DNA of 10,993 bases from Vulcanimicrobiota bacterium (GTDB lineage: Bacteria > Vulcanimicrobiota > Vulcanimicrobiia > Vulcanimicrobiales > Vulcanimicrobiaceae). The position numbers and the translations under genes are program-made. Under the pieces are notes generated by a model that saw nothing but the letters and a program-made list of their open reading frames with translations, was not told the origin of the DNA and searched no databases. Of the stretch, positions 1 to 6,073 are shown in pieces. The DNA lies in assembly GCA_003133025.1 (NCBI GenBank), contig PKZK01000023.1, positions 1,879 to 12,871 of the forward strand, in the 5' to 3' direction. Numbering within the stretch: the stretch's first letter is position 1; each line of letters opens with the position of its first letter.

Positions 1-297
1 GAGCGCATCCATCGCTCGAACCTCATCGGCATGGGCATCTTGCCCCTCGAATTTCTTCCGGGAGAGAACCGCGAGTCGCTCGACCTGACGGGCGAGGAGA
101 TCTTCGACATCGAGAACGTTGCGGGGCATCTCGCGCCGCGCAGCCGGATCACCGTGCGCGCCACCGATGCGGATATCGATGCGCGGGTCAAGACGTTTAC
201 CGCCACCGTGCGCATCGATACGCCGGACGAAGCCGACTACTACCGCCACGGAGGCATCCTGCAGTACGTCCTTCGCCAACTCCGCGGCGCGCGCTAG
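1..297 (+). CDS. acnA: Aconitate hydratase A, C-terminal swivel domain (5'-truncated by window edge)
   Basis: Frame is open from base 1 and reads ERIHRSNLIGMGILPLEF...LTGEE.FDI...VRIDTPDEADYYRHGGILQYVLRQL, the typical AcnA C-terminus. Stop TAG at 295-297. The ORF-track ATG at 31 is internal. Confidence 0.97.
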   Translation, partial: ERIHRSNLIGMGILPLEFLPGENRESLDLTGEEIFDIENVAGHLAPRSRITVRATDADIDARVKTFTATVRIDTPDEADYYRHGGILQYVLRQLRGAR

Positions 298-314
298 CGC
301 CGGCCGGAACGAGC

Positions 315-1577
315 ATGCTTGCGGGGCACCGCTATGCGGCGCTGTTGTCGTTCGAAGGCCCCGACCGCTATTCGCTCGTCGGCGGCTTGGGCACGCGCGT
401 CACGTCGCTCGCGCGCGCCCTCGGGGAACGCGAACTCGAAGTCGATCTGTTCTTCGTCGGCGATCCGAATTTGCCCGACGTGCAAGAGTTCGCGCCGGGC
501 GTCACGTTGCGCCGCTGGTCGCAGTGGATCTCGGCCTACCACCCGCGCAACGTCTACGACGGCGAAGAAGGCAAGGTCAACGATTTCCGCGAGTCGGTGC
601 CGTTATTCGTGGCTAACGACATCGTGGCCAAGGCTGCGTCCGAAGGCGAGAAAGTGCTCGTCGTGGCCGAGGAATGGCAGACGGCCGACGCGCTGATCCG
701 GCTCGATGCGATCCTGCGCGCGACCGGCTTGCGCGGCGCGGCCACGCTGCTTTGGAACGCCAACAACACCTACGGCTTCGAGCGCATCGATTGGGGCGCG
801 CTGCAGCGCGCCGCCGCGATCACGACCGTGAGCAAGTACATGAAATTCGAACTGGCGCTCCGCGGGATTCCGTCACTGGTCGTGCCCAACGGCATCGACG
901 AAGCGCTGCTCGACGGACCGCCGCAAGCGGCGATCGACAAATTACGCGGGGCCTTGCGGGGTAAGCCCGCGCTGGTCAAAGTCGGGCGCTTCGATCCCGA
1001 TAAGAATTGGCTGCAAGCCATCGACGCCGTCGCCGAGTTGAAGGCCTGGGGCGCCGCGCCGCAGTTGATCGTGCGCGGCGGTCGCGAACCGTACGGCGAG
1101 GTGGTGTTCGACCGCGCCCGGGCGCGCGGTCTTTCCGTGGAACGCATCGAGGCCAACGGCGACGACATCGATGCGGTTGCCGCGGCGCTTGCGGGCGCGA
1201 CGGCGGACGTGGTGCACCTCATCGCCTTCTTGCCCGAGCCCACGTTGAATGCGCTGTACGTCGCGGCGGGAGCCGTCTTGGCCAACAGCGGCAAGGAGCC
1301 GTTCGGCCTCGTCGGTCTGGAAGTGATGGCCTCGGGCGGCGTGGCCGTTTGCGGCTCCACCGGCGAAGATTACGCCGAACCGTTCGTCAACGCGCTCGTC
1401 TGCGACGGCGAAGACGGCCGCGAACTCGCGGGCTATCTGCAGGTGCTCGACGGCGACGCGGTGCGCGCCGACCGGATGCGACAGGCCGGTTTTGCGACGG
1501 CACACCGCTACGTGTGGTCGAGCGTGCTCGACACGCTGGCGCTCAAACTCGGCTTCGTGGCGCGGCTCGGCCGATGA
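315..1577 (+). CDS. GT-B fold glycosyltransferase, GT4 family (glycogen-synthase-like N-terminal GGLG loop)
   Basis: 420 aa. Motifs: LSFEGPDRYSLVGGLGTRV Gly loop, ITTVSKY, VVPNGID, VGRFDPDKN and KEPFGLVGLEVMASG (E-x7-E motif of retaining GT4 enzymes). Confidence 0.9.
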   Translation: MLAGHRYAALLSFEGPDRYSLVGGLGTRVTSLARALGERELEVDLFFVGDPNLPDVQEFAPGVTLRRWSQWISAYHPRNVYDGEEGKVNDFRESVPLFVANDIVAKAASEGEKVLVVAEEWQTADALIRLDAILRATGLRGAATLLWNANNTYGFERIDWGALQRAAAITTVSKYMKFELALRGIPSLVVPNGIDEALLDGPPQAAIDKLRGALRGKPALVKVGRFDPDKNWLQAIDAVAELKAWGAAPQLIVRGGREPYGEVVFDRARARGLSVERIEANGDDIDAVAAALAGATADVVHLIAFLPEPTLNALYVAAGAVLANSGKEPFGLVGLEVMASGGVAVCGSTGEDYAEPFVNALVCDGEDGRELAGYLQVLDGDAVRADRMRQAGFATAHRYVWSSVLDTLALKLGFVARLGR

Positions 1578-2338
1578 CGGTTCTCCAAGAGCAGGTCGGT
1601 CGGGCGCTCGTGGTGACGATCTCGCGTCCGGAACGGCGCAACGCCGTCGATGCGGCGACCGCGGCGGAATTGGAGGCGGCCTTCGCGCGCTTCGATTCAG
1701 ACGACGGGTCCGACGTGGCGATTCTCACCGGCGCCAAGGGCACCTTTTGCGCCGGCGCCGACCTTCAAGCGATCGCGCACGGGGAAGTTCGGCTGCTCGA
1801 ATCCGAAGGGCACGCGCCGATGGGTCCGACGCGGATGCAACTCTCGAAGCCGGTCATCGCGGCGATCGAAGGCTACGCGGTCGGCGGCGGCTTCGAATTG
1901 GCGCTGTGGTGCGACCTGCGTGTCGCCGCGACCAACGCGACGTTCGGGTTTCTCAACCGTCGCTTCGGCGTTCCGCTGATCGACATGGGCACGATCCGCT
2001 TGCCTCAGTTAATTGGTCAGAGCCGTGCGATGGATCTGATCCTCACCGGACGCACGCTGCAGGCTGGTGAGGCCGAGCGCTTCGGGATCGTCAATTACTT
2101 GGCGCCGCCCGGCGGCGCGCTCGAGGTGGCGCTCGATCTGGCGCGCCAGATCTCGGCCTTGCCCCAGGAGGCGCTGCGCAACGATCGTCTCTCCGCGGTC
2201 GAGCAGTGGAGCCTCGACCGCGATGCGGCGATCGCCAACGAACTCGAACGCGGCCGGCAAACGATGGCGGCCATCGACGTCGCGACCGCCGCGGCGCGCT
2301 TTGCCGCCGGATTGGGTCGCCGCGGCGAGCCGATTTAG
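1574..2338 (+). CDS. Enoyl-CoA hydratase/isomerase (crotonase superfamily), 254 aa
   Basis: Start most likely ATG 1574, overlapping the GT stop (ATGA, 1574-1577). Motifs: ISRPERRNAVD, FCAGADL (oxyanion hole), KPVIAAIEGYAVGGGFELALWCDLR, RRFGVPLIDMGTIRLPQLIG, AMDLILTGR. Confidence 0.93.
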   Translation: MTVLQEQVGRALVVTISRPERRNAVDAATAAELEAAFARFDSDDGSDVAILTGAKGTFCAGADLQAIAHGEVRLLESEGHAPMGPTRMQLSKPVIAAIEGYAVGGGFELALWCDLRVAATNATFGFLNRRFGVPLIDMGTIRLPQLIGQSRAMDLILTGRTLQAGEAERFGIVNYLAPPGGALEVALDLARQISALPQEALRNDRLSAVEQWSLDRDAAIANELERGRQTMAAIDVATAAARFAAGLGRRGEPI

Positions 2339-2352
2339 CGACCGGGATCATA

Positions 2353-2380
2353 TCAACCCCGGCTCGCCTCCGGCCGAAAA
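2353..2380 (+). promoter_or_regulatory. Possible sigma28 (FliA/SigD/WhiG)-type promoter for the 2423 gene
   Basis: TCAA (2353-2356)-N16-GCCGAAAA (2373-2380), compared with the consensus TAAA-N15/16-GCCGATAA. It ends 42 nt upstream of the GTG start. Confidence 0.35.
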
Positions 2381-2422
2381 AATGATGAGCGGGCCGCTGC
2401 GGGCCCAACCGAGGAGGCCCAG

Positions 2423-2848
2423 GTGGAAACCACGACCCGTCAAGCGTTTCAAGCCCGTTGCTCTCAGGTGGCCGCGGTCGTCGAACAGACCGGAGCGACG
2501 GTCGCGAAGGCGCCCAAGGATTTTGCGGTCATCGTTTCGCGCGGCGACGCCTCGGTGACGTTCCCGATCGTGAGCGACCAGCGCGACTGGCGCGAAACGA
2601 CGGCGGAAGAAGCGCTGTTTGCGGCGCTCACCGATCTCTTCGCCTGGGCGTCGGCGAAGACCGACGACGCGACGATCACAACCCTCGACGCGACGGAGAA
2701 AACTGAAGTGCCGCTCGTGCGTCGCGATTTGGGAGCTGAGGTCGAGCGCCTCCGTGCGCTCGCTCAGATCGTCGGCGGAATGGAACCGGTTCGGCGAGCG
2801 TGGCAAGCCGCGGGCATCGATGCGGCCGCCGCCGCCGCCATCGAATAG
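2423..2848 (+). CDS. Hypothetical protein, 141 aa
   Basis: GTG start preceded by a strong SD, GAGGAGG (2411-2417). G/C-rich third positions and ordinary protein composition. No family motif recognised. Confidence 0.8.
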   Translation: METTTRQAFQARCSQVAAVVEQTGATVAKAPKDFAVIVSRGDASVTFPIVSDQRDWRETTAEEALFAALTDLFAWASAKTDDATITTLDATEKTEVPLVRRDLGAEVERLRALAQIVGGMEPVRRAWQAAGIDAAAAAAIE

Positions 2849-2861
2849 TCTGCGGGCTTCG

Positions 2862-2981
2862 TTAGCCGCAGGGGATGATGACGCCGCACGGCGGCGGCGG
2901 GAAATCGTTGGGAATGATCGCGAAGTGATGTGCGACTTGGACAAGGTGAATCAAAGCCCAGACGAGGGCGTGCTCTAACAT
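2862..2981 (-). CDS. Unannotated 39-aa peptide MLEHALVWALIHLVQVAHHFAIIPNDFPPPPCGVIIPCG (candidate signalling or precursor peptide)
   Basis: Translated by hand. ATG at 2981-2979, TAA at 2864-2862, SD GGAGG (plus-strand cctcc 2991-2995) 9 nt upstream. It fills the gap between the 2423-2848 gene and the regulator genes without overlap. Hydrophobic His-rich N-half, Pro/Cys-rich C-half. Confidence 0.72.
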   Translation of the reverse strand: MLEHALVWALIHLVQVAHHFAIIPNDFPPPPCGVIIPCG

Positions 2982-2991
2982 TGATGCTGGC

Positions 2992-3018
2992 CTCCGCAGA
3001 AATTGGGTTACTGCGGAG
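2992..3018. repeat. 8-bp perfect inverted repeat overlapping the peptide gene's RBS
   Basis: CTCCGCAG (2992-2999)-N11-CTGCGGAG (3011-3018). On the minus-strand RNA the GGAG of the SD lies in the 3' arm. Confidence 0.75.
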
Positions 3019-3019
3019 C

Positions 3020-3066
3020 ATTATGCAGAATGGAATTAACGAAGCGTGATCAGGAAATCCTGACCA
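3020..3066 (-). promoter_or_regulatory. Putative activator-dependent promoter of the peptide gene: -10 CATAAT plus 20-bp palindromic operator
   Basis: Minus-strand CATAAT is plus-strand attatg at 3020-3025. No TTGACA-like -35 at 17 bp. Palindrome TGATCAGGAAATCCTGACCA at 3047-3066 (core TCAGGA-AA-TCCTGA) is centred at 3056.5, about -43.5 if the hexamer is -12..-7. Confidence 0.55.
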
Positions 3067-3094
3067 CCTTCCCCTTTGTGTCGCTCGAAGGTGG
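3064..3094. repeat. 8-bp inverted repeat after the regulator stop codon (possible terminator/pause hairpin or second operator)
   Basis: CCACCTTC (3064-3071)-N15-GAAGGTGG (3087-3094), starting 15 nt after the TAG of the 3110-4501 gene. No clear U-tract. Confidence 0.55.
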
Positions 3095-3109
3095 ACTAGT
3101 GCTGCGCTG

Positions 3110-4501
3110 CTATTCGGGTCGGAGCAGGCGAGATATTTTTGCGATCGCCTCGCCGCGCGTCTTGACGTCGAGTTTTTCGTACGCGCTCATCAGGCGCCGC
3201 TCGACGGCGTTGCGCGTCACGCCGCGCTCGAGCGCGATCGCGGCATTCGACTTGCCTTGCGCGACCGCGCGCAGAACGTCGACTTCCGTTTGCGTCAAGG
3301 AGAACGGGACGGCAGCCTCGAGCGCGAGGTTGCCCAGTCGCGCGCGTTGCGCGACGATCAAATAGCCGCGCACCTGCGCGATCGACGGGTTCTGCGTGTC
3401 GAAGGCGGAGCCGCGCGCCTCCGATTCCAGCGCCGCGGCCAGCGTGCCCGTCGAGCCCGGCCACTTGCTGCGCACGCCGAGCGCGCGCATGCCGTGATAA
3501 GCGTCGCCTACGACGACCGAAGCCCACGCCGCGAGCACGCCGGCCAGCTTGCGCCGGATCGCTAGGTGCAGCATCTCGTCACGGTTTTGGTGCATGTTGC
3601 TCAGCGCGAGCGCCTGCCGGGCCACGGGGTTGGCCTCGCTCTTGCAGCCGAGTCCGGCGAGCGCGAGCGCGTGGAGCGCCATGACGAAGGCCCGATCGAT
3701 CGGTTGCACCTCTGCGCTCAAGGTCGCTTCGAGGTGAGCGCGCATCGCGTTGAAGTCGCCGCGCTGGCCGAACATCAACGCATCGCCGATCCGGGTCGGC
3801 AGGCGTGCGGGCACGGGCTCCGGCAAGCGGTCGCGCCGAATCAATTCTCGCAGCGATCCCGCGCGGTCCCAATCCGCGAAGACGCAGGCCAGATCGTATT
3901 GAGCGACGAGAAAGCTACGCCGCGTCGTCGTGTCGCCTGAAGAATCGGCCAGACTCGTGGCGAGTTCCGCGTAATAGCGCGCCGCCTGCAGGTCGCCGGT
4001 GAGATGGTAGTACAGGCCGTAGAGCACGCCCGCGGCGCGCGAGCCCAGGCCGCGCATGCCATACCGGTCGCAGAGCGTCAGGGCAGCTAAACTATGCTCT
4101 TCGCATCCGAGCGCGTCGCGAGAGTACGCCGATGCGACGCCGGCGCGTTGGCGCACGACCGCTTGGGTGGGCCCGGGGATCGCCGGGAGCAAGGCGAGCG
4201 CCGCAGCGAGATCGTCCGCGGGCGACTCGCCCGCCATGGCCCGCACGACACCCCGCAACGCGCTCAGGCGCGCCCGGGCATCGGGGTCGGGCACGAGTTC
4301 GCCGATATTCGCGAGCACCTGCGCCGCCCGCTCCGGCTGGGCTACGCTGACGAGTTCGGGTACGAGACGATCGGCCAAGTGCGCGCGTTCGAGCGCGTCG
4401 CGCGAGTTGCGGAAGCGGCGCTCGAGGTCGCGCAACAACTCCTCGCCGTGCAGCCGGCGCTCGGGGAGACTGCTACGAAGGGCGTGGCTCGCGCTGATCA
4501 T
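3110..4501 (-). CDS. LuxR-family HTH transcriptional regulator with large helical (TPR-like) N-terminal domain, paralog 2
   Basis: 463 aa. C-terminal LTQTEVDVLRAVAQGKSNAAIALERGVTRNAVERRLMSAYEKLDVKTRGEAI is a LuxR/GerE HTH. The N-terminal ~400 aa is Ala/Leu-rich and helical, with no Walker A and no recognisable receiver domain. Confidence 0.88.
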   Translation of the reverse strand: MISASHALRSSLPERRLHGEELLRDLERRFRNSRDALERAHLADRLVPELVSVAQPERAAQVLANIGELVPDPDARARLSALRGVVRAMAGESPADDLAAALALLPAIPGPTQAVVRQRAGVASAYSRDALGCEEHSLAALTLCDRYGMRGLGSRAAGVLYGLYYHLTGDLQAARYYAELATSLADSSGDTTTRRSFLVAQYDLACVFADWDRAGSLRELIRRDRLPEPVPARLPTRIGDALMFGQRGDFNAMRAHLEATLSAEVQPIDRAFVMALHALALAGLGCKSEANPVARQALALSNMHQNRDEMLHLAIRRKLAGVLAAWASVVVGDAYHGMRALGVRSKWPGSTGTLAAALESEARGSAFDTQNPSIAQVRGYLIVAQRARLGNLALEAAVPFSLTQTEVDVLRAVAQGKSNAAIALERGVTRNAVERRLMSAYEKLDVKTRGEAIAKISRLLRPE

Positions 4502-4520
4502 CGGTCTCTTATCGTAAATC

Positions 4521-5915
4521 CTAGCGGTAAGAATGGAGGAGTGACGATACTTTGGCGATTGCTTCGCCGCGCGTCTTTACTTCGAGCTTGGCGTAGGCGC
4601 TCATCAAGCGGCGTTCGACGGCGTTCCGGCTCACGCCGCGCTCGCCGGCGATGGCGCTATTCGTTTTCCCTTCGGCGACGCCCCGCAACACGTCGAGTTC
4701 CGTGGTCGTCAGCGCGTAGGGCGTGGCTGCTTCCAGCGCGAGCGCGCTCTGCCGGGCCGTTCGGGCGAGGATGAGATAGCCCCGAACTTGGGTGAGGGAG
4801 CGATTCTGCACATCGACCGACGCGCCTCGTGCCTCAGCGCAGAGTGCCGCGGCGAGCACGCCGGTCGAGCCCGGCCATTTGCCGCGCACGGTCAGCGCGC
4901 GCGAGCCGTGATAGGTGTCGCCCACGATGACCGAGGCCCAGGCTCCGAGCACGCCCGCGAGCCGCCGGCGGATCGTCGAGTGCAAGAGGTCGCGACGGCG
5001 TCCGTGCGCGTTGCTCAACCCCAAGGCACGGCGTGCGGCAGAGCGGCCCTCTACTTTGAGCCCGAGCCCCGCCAGCGCCAGCGCGTGCAAAGCCACGATC
5101 AAGGCCCGGTCCACCGAGTCGGTCTCCGTCGCGAGCGCCGCCTCGACGTGACCCCGCATGGCGTTGAAGTCGCCGCGGCTTCCGAGCATCAAGGCGTCGC
5201 CGACGCGGAGCGGCGTACCGGAGGTGTATGCCTCCGGGCCCCGGTCGCGGCGGAGCAACTCGCGCAGCGAACCCGCCTGGTCCCAGTCGCCGAAAACGCA
5301 CGCGAGGTCGAATTGCGCCGTCAAGCAGGCGCGCCGCAGCGCACCGTCGCTCGCCGCGCCCGCGAGACCGGTGGCGAGTTCGGCGTAGAATCGCGCGGCG
5401 TGCAGATCGCCGGTGAGGTGATAGTGCAGTCCGTAGAGCGACGCCGCCGCGCGCGCGCCGAGCCACGAGAGGCCGTGCCGGTCGCACAGCGCGAGCGAGG
5501 CCAGCGCCTGTTCCTCGGCCGTGCGCGCGTCGCGCGCGTGCAGCGCGGCGACGGCGGCCCGCTGTAGCACGACGGCCGCGGCCGGTCCTCCGAGCGCGGG
5601 CAGCAGGGACAGCGCTTGCTCGACATCGGCCGCATGGGATTCGCCGAGCATCGCGCTGACCACGCCGCGGAGCGCATGTAGCCTGGCTCGGGCCTCGGCG
5701 CTCGCGCCGGTCGTGTCGATCGCCTCCAGCACGAGCGCTGCGCGCTCGGCATCGGAATTTCCGACCAGTTCGGGTACGAGCCGGTCGGCTAGGTCGATGC
5801 GCTGGGCCGGATCGACAGCCGCGCGAAACCGGCGCTCGAGGTCGCGCAGCAATGCGACTCCATCCAAGCGGACTTGGGGAAGCCGGCGTTCGGTATCTGC
5901 ACGCGAGTCGTTCAA
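4521..5915 (-). CDS. LuxR-family HTH transcriptional regulator with large helical (TPR-like) N-terminal domain, paralog 1
   Basis: 464 aa, TTG start. C-terminal LTTTELDVLRGVAEGKTNSAIAGERGVSRNAVERRLMSAYAKLEVKTRGEAI. It aligns to the 3110-4501 protein without gaps from residue 1, which supports both starts. Intergenic gap is 19 bp. Confidence 0.88.
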   Translation of the reverse strand: MNDSRADTERRLPQVRLDGVALLRDLERRFRAAVDPAQRIDLADRLVPELVGNSDAERAALVLEAIDTTGASAEARARLHALRGVVSAMLGESHAADVEQALSLLPALGGPAAAVVLQRAAVAALHARDARTAEEQALASLALCDRHGLSWLGARAAASLYGLHYHLTGDLHAARFYAELATGLAGAASDGALRRACLTAQFDLACVFGDWDQAGSLRELLRRDRGPEAYTSGTPLRVGDALMLGSRGDFNAMRGHVEAALATETDSVDRALIVALHALALAGLGLKVEGRSAARRALGLSNAHGRRRDLLHSTIRRRLAGVLGAWASVIVGDTYHGSRALTVRGKWPGSTGVLAAALCAEARGASVDVQNRSLTQVRGYLILARTARQSALALEAATPYALTTTELDVLRGVAEGKTNSAIAGERGVSRNAVERRLMSAYAKLEVKTRGEAIAKVSSLLHSYR

Positions 5916-6021
5916 ACGTATAAGCCTGCGGAGAGCGGGTGGATTCGTTCGGTCAGCGCGGCGAGGGGCCTTCCCTTCCTCGGTGAGCCGGGAAGCATTC
6001 GTGCGGAGCGCTGCGCTTCCG

Positions 6022-6065
6022 ATGCTAGGGCACGCTCTTACGCGGGGGTTAACGGCGGGTTACGC
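6022..6065 (-). promoter_or_regulatory. Possible internal promoter for the regulator pair with three 11-bp-period direct repeats
   Basis: Minus strand reads GCGTAACCCGC / CGTTAACCCCC / GCGTAAGAGCG (6065->6033; TAA cores exactly 11 bp apart), followed by a -10-like TAGCAT (6027->6022). Confidence 0.35.
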
Positions 6066-6073
6066 GCCGGACG

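Noticed and set aside
1007..1573. N-terminal extension of the 443-aa ORF 1007..2338
   Set aside because: Arg-rich off-frame read of the GT gene. Crotonase similarity begins at MTVLQEQ (ATG 1574, ATGA overlap).
2825..2900. (GCC)5 at 2825-2839 and (CGG)4 at 2889-2900 as contingency repeats
   Set aside because: Short in-frame trinucleotide runs encoding poly-Ala and poly-Pro. Slippage would not shift the frame.
2348..3021. Minus-strand ORFs 2348..2944 and 2764..3021, and plus-strand 2619..2978
   Set aside because: Arg/Ser/Pro-rich, they overlap the 2423-2848 gene and lack a good SD. The 39-aa frame has the SD and no overlap.
3003..3365. Plus-strand ORF containing MELTKRDQEIL, which resembles helix 1 of LexA/LuxR HTH domains
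   Set aside because: The similarity ends after about 11 residues, those bases coincide with the palindromic operator, and the rest is antisense to the regulator gene. Most likely coincidence.
3110..5915. Regulators as MalT/LAL (STAND ATPase) proteins, AHL-binding LuxR receptors or response regulators
   Set aside because: No Walker A/B motif and too short for LAL. No AHL-binding or receiver-domain signature visible, and no luxI or kinase gene nearby. A role in controlling the adjacent glucan operon cannot be excluded.
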